From Gaiellales bacterium (lineage in GTDB: Bacteria > Actinomycetota > Thermoleophilia > Gaiellales > JAICJC01): 64,000 nucleotides of DNA. The position numbers were made by a program, and so were the translations under genes. Below the pieces are notes generated by a model that saw only the letters and a program-made list of their open reading frames with translations, did not search any database and had not been told where the DNA came from. Below, piece after piece: positions 16,780 to 25,320 of this stretch. The DNA is taken from positions 2,680-66,679 of the forward strand of contig JBJMJD010000105.1 of the NCBI GenBank assembly GCA_045806525.1, given 5' to 3'. Each line of letters starts with the position of its first letter. The first letter of the stretch is position 1.

Positions 16780-17495
16780 TCCTGCCCGTCTACCGGCTGA
16801 CGTTGCGCGCGCTGCTGCTGCAGCGGCGCACGATCATGCTGGCGGCCGTGGTGCTGGCGCCGGTCGCGACCTCGTTGATCTACGCGCTGGCGCGTCCCGG
16901 GGGTAGCGACACCGTGGACTTCTACTCCGGCATCGTGCAGAAGCTGTTCGTGCCGGCCGTGGCGGCGCTAGTGGCGCTGGTGTTCGGCGTCAGCGCGTTC
17001 GGCGACGAGCGGGAGGACGGCACCATCCTGTACCTGGTGGCGACGCCGCAGCCGCGGCTGGAGCTGGTGGTTGCGAAAGTGGCCGCGGCCTGGACGGCGT
17101 CGCTGGTGCTGCTCGTCCCCAGCCTGGTGCTGAGCGGTCTGCTGGGCCTGGGATCCGCCGCGTCGCTGCGCCTGATCGGCTGGCCGCTGCTGGGCGTGGT
17201 GCTGGCCAGCCTGGCCTACTGCGCCGCCTCGTCCTGGCTGTCACTGAAGACGCGGCGGCCGGTGGTGATCGGCGTCATCTACATCCTGCTCTGGGAAGGT
17301 TCGGTGGCGACCTATGCGGCGTCGGCCGCCAAGCTCTCGATCTCGGCCTACGGCAGCGCCTTCGTGGCGCATGCCCTGCCCCAGTCAGCGCCGCCGGTGG
17401 CCGGCCTGGTGCCATCGGCGCTCGTGCTGGCGGCCGTGGTGGTGCTGGCCGCATTGGGCGCCGCCCGCAGCCTGGCCCGCACGGAGCTCCCATGA
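16776..17495 (+). CDS. ABC-2 type transporter permease (second)
   Basis: 239 aa, ATGA overlap, about 6 TM segments. Confidence 0.7.
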   Translation: MILPVYRLTLRALLLQRRTIMLAAVVLAPVATSLIYALARPGGSDTVDFYSGIVQKLFVPAVAALVALVFGVSAFGDEREDGTILYLVATPQPRLELVVAKVAAAWTASLVLLVPSLVLSGLLGLGSAASLRLIGWPLLGVVLASLAYCAASSWLSLKTRRPVVIGVIYILLWEGSVATYAASAAKLSISAYGSAFVAHALPQSAPPVAGLVPSALVLAAVVVLAALGAARSLARTELP

Positions 17496-17511
17496 GGACG
17501 AGCGGTTCGCT

Positions 17512-17658
17512 CTAGCGGGTGGTGAACAGCGAGCGGCCGAGGAAGCCGGCCACGACGGCGACCAGCAGCGCGATCAGCAGCACCCAGAAGGCGAGCTTGA
17601 TCGCGCCGATCACGCCGAACACCAGGATCGCGAGAATCAGAAGCAGTAGCCAGATCAT
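17512..17658 (-). CDS. small hydrophobic protein, 48 aa (below the ORF-track cutoff)
   Basis: ATG preceded by GGGGGA at about 8 nt. The product is MIWLLLLILAILVFGVIGAIKLAFWVLLIALLVAVVAGFLGRSLFTTR, i.e. two predicted TM helices. It fills an otherwise empty 200-bp gap. Confidence 0.3.
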   Translation of the reverse strand: MIWLLLLILAILVFGVIGAIKLAFWVLLIALLVAVVAGFLGRSLFTTR

Positions 17659-17697
17659 GTTCCCCCGGATACCTCGGGACCGTGCCCGGTAAACGCC

Positions 17698-18261
17698 TCA
17701 GCGCAGGTCGGAGGGCAACAGCGACCAGCAGATCATGTCCTTGCGCACGCCCTGCACCGAACGCGATCCTCGCTCGAGCCCCTCGCGGGTGAAACCCGCA
17801 CGCTCGAGCGCACGCTGCGACGCGATGTTCTCGGGGTCGGTTCGCCCCTCGAGCCGTTCGGCGCCAAGCGCCTCGAATGCCCACGGCGACACCAGCCGGA
17901 TCGCCCGGGTCACGAGGCCCCGGCGGCGCGCCGCCGGGTGGATGCCGTAGGCCAGCTCGACGATGCCGGGCGGCCGTTCCGTGGAGAGCAGGATCACGCC
18001 GCGGTAGTGGTCGCTGCCGCTCTCGGTGATGGTGAACGCGAGCGGCGCGGTCGGATCGTCCCACGACTCCATCAGCTGCGTCAGCTCCTCGCGCGCATGC
18101 TTCTCGGTGTAGGGGATGGGGACGTTCACCCAGCGGCGGGTGGTCTCGTCGCGTCCCTCCTCCATCAGGCCCGGCAGGTCGCTCTCGCGCATCGGCCGCA
18201 GCGTGACGGTGCCGTCGCTGAGCGGAGGGCGGGGCGGGTCGACGTGGTCGGGGCGGGGCAT
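17698..18261 (-). CDS. GNAT-family N-acetyltransferase (RimJ/RimL-like)
   Basis: 187 aa. Acetyl-CoA motif region HPAARRRGLVTRAIRLV and the tail NIASQRALERAGFTREG are typical of GNAT enzymes. Confidence 0.85.
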   Translation of the reverse strand: MPRPDHVDPPRPPLSDGTVTLRPMRESDLPGLMEEGRDETTRRWVNVPIPYTEKHAREELTQLMESWDDPTAPLAFTITESGSDHYRGVILLSTERPPGIVELAYGIHPAARRRGLVTRAIRLVSPWAFEALGAERLEGRTDPENIASQRALERAGFTREGLERGSRSVQGVRKDMICWSLLPSDLR

Positions 18262-18282
18262 CAGATGGTTGGTTTCACGGGA

Positions 18283-19572
18283 CTAGGCGGGTGACGGGGT
18301 AGGGCGGAGCAAGCTGCCGCGACGGCCGACGCTGAGGCTGAGCGCGGCCGCCGTCACGCCCAGCGCGCCCGCCACCAGGAAGGCCGGCTCGTACGACCCG
18401 AACCAGGTGCGGCTGGCTCCGGCGCCCCACGCTGCGAAGGCGGCGCCGAACTGGTGGCACGCGAACACCCAGGCGAACACCACGCCCACCCGCTCGCGGC
18501 CGAACGCCTCACGTACCAGTGCCACGGTCGGCGGCACCGTCGCCACCCAGTCCAGCCCGTAGAAGACCACGAACGCGACCAGCCCCAGGCCCGCGTGCGA
18601 CAGCGCGGCGTTCAGCCCCAGCAGCGCCATGCCGCGCAGGCCGTAGTACCAGAACAGCAGCCAGCGCGGATCGAAGCGGTCGGTCAGCCAGCCGGAGCAG
18701 ACGGTGCCGACCACGTCGAACACGCCGATCGCGGCCAGCAGCCCGGCGCCGCGCACCTCGCTCAGCCCGTGGTCGGAGCAAGCCGCGATCAGGTGCGTCC
18801 CGATCAGGCCGTTGGTGGTCGCGCCGCAGATGAAGAATGCTCCCGCCAGCAGCCAGAAGTCGCGCACCAAAACGGCGTCGCGCAACGCGCCGACCGCGTT
18901 CCGGAACGGGTTCACGAGCTGTCGCGGCGGCTCCGGCTCAACGGCACCGTAGGGCATCAGCCCGACGTCGGCGGGGTCGGTGCGCAGGAACACGAGCGCA
19001 ATCGGCACCACCACCACGATCGCCGTCAGCGCGATCAGCGCGGCCGCGGCACGCCAGCTGTAGGCGGTCACCACCCAGGCCAGCAGCGGCAGGAACACCA
19101 GCTGGCCGCTGGCGTTGCTGGCGGTCAGCATGCCGGTGACCAGGCCCCGGCGGGTGCTGAACCAGCGGTTGGCCACGATCGCCGCCAGCGGCACGGCGAC
19201 CGCGCCGGTCGCGCCGCCCACCACCAGGCCCCACAGCAGATAGAGCTGCCACGGCGACGTCATCTGGGTGGTCAGCGCAGCGCCGAGCGCGACCGTCGAC
19301 AGCGCGATCACGGTCACCCGCCGCAGGCCGAACCGCTCCACCACGGCGGCCGCGAACGGCGCGCCCAGGCCGTACACGAGCAGGTTCACCGCCACGGCGC
19401 CGCCGATCAGCGCCGGCGACCAGCCGAACTCCTGCTGCAGCGGCAGCAGCAGCACCCCCGGCGTGGCGCGGAAGCCGGCCGCCGTCAGCAGCACCACGAA
19501 CGTGGCCGCGGCCACCACCCAGGCGTAGTGCACCCGTCCCCTGAAGATGCGGGCGATCATGATCGCCCGCAT
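18283..19572 (-). CDS. MFS transporter
   Basis: ATG at 19572 (MRAIMIARIFRGRVHYAWVVAAATFVV). About 12 TM segments. The track ORF extends artefactually to 19941. Confidence 0.85.
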   Translation of the reverse strand: MRAIMIARIFRGRVHYAWVVAAATFVVLLTAAGFRATPGVLLLPLQQEFGWSPALIGGAVAVNLLVYGLGAPFAAAVVERFGLRRVTVIALSTVALGAALTTQMTSPWQLYLLWGLVVGGATGAVAVPLAAIVANRWFSTRRGLVTGMLTASNASGQLVFLPLLAWVVTAYSWRAAAALIALTAIVVVVPIALVFLRTDPADVGLMPYGAVEPEPPRQLVNPFRNAVGALRDAVLVRDFWLLAGAFFICGATTNGLIGTHLIAACSDHGLSEVRGAGLLAAIGVFDVVGTVCSGWLTDRFDPRWLLFWYYGLRGMALLGLNAALSHAGLGLVAFVVFYGLDWVATVPPTVALVREAFGRERVGVVFAWVFACHQFGAAFAAWGAGASRTWFGSYEPAFLVAGALGVTAAALSLSVGRRGSLLRPTPSPA

Positions 19573-19620
19573 CGTACGCAACGATACGATGGGCGCTGTA
19601 CCAGTACCGAGGGAGGGGCG

Positions 19621-20085
19621 ATGGCGGATACCGACACACCGACGATCGACGCCGCCGTGCATCGGCAGCTGGCGGTCGATCTCTTCAACCACGTGTGGAC
19701 GCTGATGGGGACGCCCGACCGCACGCGCGAGCAGGACACCGAGATGATCCACGCCGCCCACGCCTCGCGGCACCACTGGGGCGAGGTGGGTACGCCGGTC
19801 AACGTCGCGCGGGGCGAGTGGCAGGTGTCGCGCGTCTACAGCGTGCTCGGCCGCGGAGAGCCTGCGCTGGTGCACGCACGCCTGTGCCTGGACACGTGCC
19901 TTGAGCACGGTATCGGCGACTTCGACATCGCCTACGCGCACGAGGCGATGGCGCGCGCCTACCGTGTGCTCGGAGATCAGTCGGAGTCAGCCGCGCACGC
20001 CGAGCAGGCCCGCCGGGCCACCGCCGGCATCGCCGACCCCGAGGACCGCGAGCACGCGATGGAAGACATCGCGGAGCTCCTCTAG
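19621..20085 (+). CDS. conserved hypothetical protein (154 aa)
   Basis: ATG at 19621 preceded by GAGGGAGGGG. Balanced amino-acid composition, unlike the upstream antisense part of track ORF 18454-20085. I recognise no family. Confidence 0.5.
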   Translation: MADTDTPTIDAAVHRQLAVDLFNHVWTLMGTPDRTREQDTEMIHAAHASRHHWGEVGTPVNVARGEWQVSRVYSVLGRGEPALVHARLCLDTCLEHGIGDFDIAYAHEAMARAYRVLGDQSESAAHAEQARRATAGIADPEDREHAMEDIAELL

Positions 20086-20115
20086 CAGCGGCGCATACAC
20101 GGAGCCCCGGCCTGC

Positions 20116-21111
20116 CTAGCCGGTCGCCGTCCGCAGGAAGCCGCGCAGCCGCTCCAGCACCGGATCGACGTGCGACGTGTCGCCCCAGCGGCCCAGCACC
20201 TGCATGTCGCCGGTTCGCCGGTCGAAGCGCGGCTCGATCCGGCCGACGATGCGGTCGCCGCGAAGCACCGGCAGCACGTAGTAGCCGTACTCGCGCTTGG
20301 CGGGCGGCACGTACATCTCCAGCCGGTAGCGAAAGCCGAACAGCGCCTCGGCCCGTCTGCGGTCGTGGATCAGCCGGTCGAATGGCGACAGCACCGTGAC
20401 GCGGTCGCCGACCGGCTCGTCCGAGATGTCGGGATGCGCCTGCCACTCGCCCTTCACCAGGCGCACACCCAGCGCCCGGAAACGCTGCTTCGCGAACAGC
20501 CGGTCGGCGTCACGGCGGGTGAGCGGTTGGTCGTCCGGCGCCTGCCAGCGATCCGCCACGTCCCACAGCCGCTGGCCGCCGCTGCGGCCGACGATCCCGA
20601 TCTCGCCGCGCAGCTGCAGGATCTCGAGCATGCGCCCGACGTGGCGTGTGCCGTGCCAGCGGTGTCTGCGGCCGCGCTCGGCCGCGCGGTCCTCGAGGTC
20701 GCGCGACAGCAGCGGCCCGCGGCGCTCCAGCTCGCGCAGCACGTAGCGGCGAAAACCCTGGTTTTGCTCGAGGAACTGCCGCCACCAGCGTTCGCGGGCG
20801 CTGGTGTTGGCACGGCGGTACGCGCGCATCCAGGCCCGTACCATCGGCAGCGACTCGATCGGCCAGATCAACGCGTTCCACTCGAACAGCTGCCGGTCAG
20901 ACCACAGCAGGCGGTCGAGCTCTCCCCGGTCGAACGCTCCCAGCCGGCTCCACAGCACCAGCTCCTGCGGCGTTGCGACGGTCGCGATCGGGTCGATCTG
21001 GAGGAAGCCGAGCCGCCGCACCGTTTCAAGGACGCCGGTCGCAGATCCGTCCAGGAGCTGGGCGCGAACGGCGATCCGCCGGGCGCGGTCATGGTCGACC
21101 GTCCGTACCAT
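20116..21111 (-). CDS. winged-helix DNA-binding protein, YcaQ/AlkZ-like (DUF1006; interstrand-crosslink DNA glycosylase family)
   Basis: 331 aa. ARRIAVRAQLLDG...VRRLGFLQIDPIATV and KREYGYYVLPVLRGDRIVGRIEP match my memory of this family. Confidence 0.7.
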   Translation of the reverse strand: MVRTVDHDRARRIAVRAQLLDGSATGVLETVRRLGFLQIDPIATVATPQELVLWSRLGAFDRGELDRLLWSDRQLFEWNALIWPIESLPMVRAWMRAYRRANTSARERWWRQFLEQNQGFRRYVLRELERRGPLLSRDLEDRAAERGRRHRWHGTRHVGRMLEILQLRGEIGIVGRSGGQRLWDVADRWQAPDDQPLTRRDADRLFAKQRFRALGVRLVKGEWQAHPDISDEPVGDRVTVLSPFDRLIHDRRRAEALFGFRYRLEMYVPPAKREYGYYVLPVLRGDRIVGRIEPRFDRRTGDMQVLGRWGDTSHVDPVLERLRGFLRTATG

Positions 21112-21130
21112 GGGCCAACCCTAGCCAGGT

Positions 21131-23491
21131 CTAGCTGATGGCGACGTGCCGGGAGGGCGACACCGCGCTCATCCAGGCGTGCGACGCGCCACCGGCGTAG
21201 CTCCAGCGCAGGTACGCCGCGCCCGGGCTGGTGAAGTGCACCTTGCGCGAGTAGCCGCCGCGCCGGTTGACGGCGACGGAGGCGACGGTGCGCCAGGCGC
21301 CGCTGGCCTTTCTCCGCACCTGCAGCCGCACCCGGGCGCCGTGCATGTTCGGCGTCGACTTGCCGCCGAAGGTGAACGAGGTGCCGCGGCGGACGCTGGC
21401 GCGCGACGCCTTCGAGCCCAGGCGCGGGATCACGTGGATGGTCGTGCCCGCCGCCGTCAGGCCCTGCTGCGTGTCCGAGCCTGGGAAGACCGCCTGCCAG
21501 GTGAGGTTACGCCGCAGCTGGGTGGTGAGCGCGAAGCTCCAGATGCCGCTCGAGTCGGTCTGGTCGCGGTACCAGAAGATCCTGTTGCCCTCGCGGAGCT
21601 CGACGTAGACGCGCCGGTTCGCGATCGGTGCGTCGCCCGAGTCCGTGAGCGTGCCGGTAAGTGTGACCTGCTGCCCGTACTTGATTGTCCTGGTGGTGGT
21701 GGGGCTGGTGACGACCAGATTGGTCGCGTCCGGGCCGACCGGCGAGGGCTTGAACGCCGCCAGAGCGAGCGCCAGCGCGTCGGCCTTGGGGGAGCCCAGC
21801 CCCGTCGCGGGGTCATAGCCCACGGCGGCCTGGTAGAGGCCCGAGCCGTTGATGCTGTTGTTGCCCACGGTGACGTCCCAGAACATGCTCGGGTCGCTGT
21901 AGAGGAAGGGGTTCGCGAAACCCATGCGATGACCCCCGTTCTGGAGCGAGGAGCTGTTCGCGTCGGCCGTGATGGCGGCCATCAGCGGCGCGCCGGCGCT
22001 GGTGCCGCCGACCGGGAACCAGGGGACGCCGCTCGGGCAGCCCGAGGCTGTCGAGGTGCACTCGATGATGTAGCCGGTGTTGGGCTGGGCGTCGAGTGCG
22101 ATGTCTGGCACCTGCCGGCAGAAGCCGGTGGGGTTGCCGCACTTGGTGCCATTGTCGTAGCTGCGATGCGGGTTGCCGCTCTGGTAGGAGGGTTGCGACC
22201 AGTTCCGGGAGATGCCGCCGCCGCCGTGACTCCAGGCGGTGCTGTCGGCGCCGTTGGCCGAGTGCAGTGCGGTGCCGCCGACGCCGGTCACGAACGGCTG
22301 AGATGCGGGGTCGTCGACGACCAGCTGCTTGTCGCTGGGCAGCAGCGGCTCGCAGTCGCTGGACCCGGAGTCGCCGGATGCGGCGAAGAAGGAAAGGCCG
22401 GCGGCGGCGGCCAGCTGCAGCTGGTCCGATTCTGCCTGCAGGAACGACGGTGGCAGGGCGTCCTCGCAGAGGCCCCAGCTATCGCTGACGATGAAGGTGT
22501 TGGTGGTGTCTTTCGTGCTGATCATGCGGTCGACCATGGGCAGGATCTGGGCGATGCTGTTGGGCGCCGTGTAGACCTCGACGCTGCTGAGATGGGGCGC
22601 ATTGGACAGCGCCACCTCGATGTCGAGCTCGGCCTCGATCGCCCCGCTCATCGTGCTGCTGCCGCCGTTGATGGGCCGGGTGTGCACAGGGGTGGTCAGG
22701 CCGAAGCAGGACTTGAACGCTGAGATGTCCGAGGCCTTGAAGTTGGTGAACTCGACCAGCGCGATCGACTCACCGGTGCCGTCGTAGCCGTTCTGGATCA
22801 GGGAGCGGTGGCCGTAGGCGGTGGCCAGGTCGCCGGGCAGGTAGCCGCCGTAGAAGTGCTTGGCTCGGGACGCGGCGGTGCAGGGCGCGGGGACAGTGGT
22901 CTGCGGTGTGAGCTCCGGCCCGGTGGCCAGGCTGTGCAGCTTGGTGGCGGTGTCGAGGCCGGTGACCGAGGACACCAGCGGCGTGATCGCTGCCGGCAGC
23001 CGCACGGCGGCGTCCGGGGCGCGGAAGAGGTGGCCGTCGGCTGCGCGGTAAGTGGACAGGCCGACGTGGAAGGCGCGCGAGGCGGCGGCCGCGCTGCCGT
23101 GGAAGCTGAGCGTGAGCAGGCCGTTGCGTTCCAGCTGCAGCCCCTGTCCGCGCATGTAGGCCAGGACCGCGGCCCGGCCGGCCGGGCTGGGCGCGAACAG
23201 CGACCGCAGCTCGGCCGTGGTCATCGGCTTCGAGCCGCTGGAGGTGCGCGCGCTGTAGGCCAGCAGCGAGGCGTTTCGGGGCTTCAGCGACACGGTCACG
23301 TCGATCGGCCGGGCGGCTGCGGTCGGCGCGAGGCGGGCGGCTCCGCGCAGGGCCGGCAGGGCGCTGCCGGGGACGGCTCGCAGGGTTGGCGCGACCGGGG
23401 GTCGGGTGTTGGCCGCGGCGGCCCCGGAGCCGGAAACGAGCGCGAGCATCGAGAGCGCGACGACCAGCGGCCGCGAAAGGGGAGTCCGCAT
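21131..23491 (-). CDS. secreted S53 (sedolisin/kumamolisin-type) serine peptidase with pro-domain and C-terminal beta-rich extension
   Basis: ATG at 23491 gives the signal peptide MRTPLSRPLVVALSMLALVSGSGAAAA. A pro-kumamolisin-like activation domain is followed by the catalytic Ser context GGTSAGAPLMAAI. About 230 extra C-terminal residues contain two Ig/CarboxypepD_reg-like segments. Confidence 0.85.
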   Translation of the reverse strand: MRTPLSRPLVVALSMLALVSGSGAAAANTRPPVAPTLRAVPGSALPALRGAARLAPTAAARPIDVTVSLKPRNASLLAYSARTSSGSKPMTTAELRSLFAPSPAGRAAVLAYMRGQGLQLERNGLLTLSFHGSAAAASRAFHVGLSTYRAADGHLFRAPDAAVRLPAAITPLVSSVTGLDTATKLHSLATGPELTPQTTVPAPCTAASRAKHFYGGYLPGDLATAYGHRSLIQNGYDGTGESIALVEFTNFKASDISAFKSCFGLTTPVHTRPINGGSSTMSGAIEAELDIEVALSNAPHLSSVEVYTAPNSIAQILPMVDRMISTKDTTNTFIVSDSWGLCEDALPPSFLQAESDQLQLAAAAGLSFFAASGDSGSSDCEPLLPSDKQLVVDDPASQPFVTGVGGTALHSANGADSTAWSHGGGGISRNWSQPSYQSGNPHRSYDNGTKCGNPTGFCRQVPDIALDAQPNTGYIIECTSTASGCPSGVPWFPVGGTSAGAPLMAAITADANSSSLQNGGHRMGFANPFLYSDPSMFWDVTVGNNSINGSGLYQAAVGYDPATGLGSPKADALALALAAFKPSPVGPDATNLVVTSPTTTRTIKYGQQVTLTGTLTDSGDAPIANRRVYVELREGNRIFWYRDQTDSSGIWSFALTTQLRRNLTWQAVFPGSDTQQGLTAAGTTIHVIPRLGSKASRASVRRGTSFTFGGKSTPNMHGARVRLQVRRKASGAWRTVASVAVNRRGGYSRKVHFTSPGAAYLRWSYAGGASHAWMSAVSPSRHVAIS

Positions 23492-23578
23492 CACCTCATT
23501 CTGCGTGCAGCGGCTCGGATTGTCCAATGTTCGCTCTGTGGCTTCAACGGCCGTCCAACACAGGTATCTCGAGCGAAC

Positions 23579-24496
23579 CTATACGCCGAGCTCTCGCAGC
23601 AGCGCCCGGTTGTGTGCCTGGTCGTCGGCCAGCATCTCGACCGTCTGGCCGGGTTGAATAAGGCGGTCCTGCTCGACCACCAGCCACGAGTCATAGCCGC
23701 TGCCACGCAGCCGCTCGAGCACCGCCGGCATATCCACGCTGCCCTCGCCGAAGCGGCAGAAGACGCCGCGCCGCCACGCCTCGCGCAGGCCCAGACCGCT
23801 GGTGCGGATCTGTTCCATCACCGCGCCGTCGACGTCCTTCAGGTGCACGTGGCTGACCAGCTCGCCGTAGGTGTCCAGGAACGCGAGTGGGTCGCCGCCG
23901 CCGAATGAGGAGTGCCCGCTGTCGAAGCACAAGCCGATCAGCGATGTGTCCATCCGCTCGGCGAAGCGGTCGATCTCGCGCGGCGTCTCCACGTAGGTGC
24001 CACCGTGGTAATGGAAGGCGGCGGCGTACCCGCGCGCGTGGCAGAGCTCGGCGGCGCGGTGCGCGTTCGCCACCAGCAGGTCGAACCGGGCCTCGCCCAG
24101 CCATGTCGCGGGCAGCTCCTCGATACGCCCGGCGCCGGCCAGCCGGTCGGGCTCGCTGAACGAGTCGGACACCAGCACGACCGGACGCTCATCCCCGTTC
24201 GGGCTGGTCTCTTCGAGGATGCTGAGCGCCTCGTCGAGGAACGCGAAGTCCTCGTCCATGTGCTCGCGGCGGGACAGCCGCATCGGCAGGAACGACCCCA
24301 CCAAGCTGACGCCGCGTTCCCTCAGCGCCGCCGCGGTTCCCGCCGGGTCGCCGAAGTAGCCGGGCGGGCCCAACTCGGTGCCCACGTACCCGGCGTCCAC
24401 CATGGCGTCCAGCACGGCCACCGGGTCGGGCAAGCCGTCGTCCTCGGCGGTCAGTTCGAAGATGCCGAATGAGACCGGCGCAGACGCAACCCTCAT
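23579..24496 (-). CDS. iolE: inosose dehydratase-like TIM-barrel protein (xylose-isomerase-like fold)
   Basis: ATG at 24496 (ATGA-type overlap with iolB). FHYHGGT, DSGH, HVHLKDVD and WLVVEQD line up with B. subtilis IolE motifs YHHHMGT, DTGH, HVHFKDVR and WIVVEAEQD (from memory). Confidence 0.7.
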   Translation of the reverse strand: MRVASAPVSFGIFELTAEDDGLPDPVAVLDAMVDAGYVGTELGPPGYFGDPAGTAAALRERGVSLVGSFLPMRLSRREHMDEDFAFLDEALSILEETSPNGDERPVVLVSDSFSEPDRLAGAGRIEELPATWLGEARFDLLVANAHRAAELCHARGYAAAFHYHGGTYVETPREIDRFAERMDTSLIGLCFDSGHSSFGGGDPLAFLDTYGELVSHVHLKDVDGAVMEQIRTSGLGLREAWRRGVFCRFGEGSVDMPAVLERLRGSGYDSWLVVEQDRLIQPGQTVEMLADDQAHNRALLRELGV

Positions 24497-25320
24497 GGTG
24501 TTTCCTTTCCTGTTAACGGCGCCCGGGGGTCCCGTTCCATGTTGGCCCAGGTGCCGCGCGTCCAGGCCAGCTCGGGGTCGTCCTCCGCGGCCATCGATCG
24601 CCGCTCCGCGGCCAGTGCGTTCAGGTAGTAGCCGTGATAGCCATGGGCGGCGCAGAACGGGTGGTAGCCGCGCGGCACCAGCACCACGTCTCCGTCGCGC
24701 ACGGTCCACGTCTCGTCGAGGCTGCCGTCGCGGGTGTAGAGGCGCTGGACACCGAACCCCTCGGGTGCGGCGAAGCGGTAGGCGTACACCTCCTCGAGGT
24801 CGTTCTCGATCGGCAGCCTCTCCACCTCATGCTTGTGCGGTGGGTAGGAGGACCAGTTTCCGGCCGGCGTCGACACCTCGACCACCAGTAGCCTGTGTGC
24901 GGCGAACTCCGGCGGGATGATGTGCGTGATCTGGCGCGTCGCATTCCCCGACCCGCGCACCTCGACCCGCATCGACGAGCCCGCGATCGGCTGCACCGCG
25001 CCGGCCTGGTCGCGATCGGCGCGTGCCGCGCAGCGGGCCAGCCAGCCCTCGCCCTCGACCGTGCAGGTGGTGCCGGGCGGCAGGTACAGCGCGTCGGGCA
25101 GCCCGTCGAGCGGGGTCTCCCGCGTCCCCAGGTCGAACCGCTCGCCCGCCACCGTTGCCGAGAGCCGGCCGCCCAGGTTGACCAGGCAGACCTCGTCCGG
25201 GCCGGTGTCGACGCCGGCCGAGCCGGCGACCGTGGTGGAGCTGTAGGACAGCCACCTCCATCCCGCCGTACCGGGCGTCACCGGCGGAGCGGGGTTTCGC
25301 AGCAGTAGGTCGAGCGTCAC
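24493..25320 (-). CDS. iolB: 5-deoxy-glucuronate isomerase
   Basis: 275 aa. NWSSYPPHKH, EEVYAYRF and VPRGYHP are IolB cupin hallmarks. It sits between iolC and iolE. Confidence 0.9.
   Translation of the reverse strand: MTLDLLLRNPAPPVTPGTAGWRWLSYSSTTVAGSAGVDTGPDEVCLVNLGGRLSATVAGERFDLGTRETPLDGLPDALYLPPGTTCTVEGEGWLARCAARADRDQAGAVQPIAGSSMRVEVRGSGNATRQITHIIPPEFAAHRLLVVEVSTPAGNWSSYPPHKHEVERLPIENDLEEVYAYRFAAPEGFGVQRLYTRDGSLDETWTVRDGDVVLVPRGYHPFCAAHGYHGYYLNALAAERRSMAAEDDPELAWTRGTWANMERDPRAPLTGKETP

Noticed and set aside
18454-19620. The N-terminal 389 codons of the 543-aa + strand track ORF 18454-20085.
   Set aside because: This part is antisense to the MFS transporter and has Arg/His/Gln/Pro-rich composition. 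Only the C-terminal part, from the ATG at 19621 with its strong Shine-Dalgarno, looks like a real protein.
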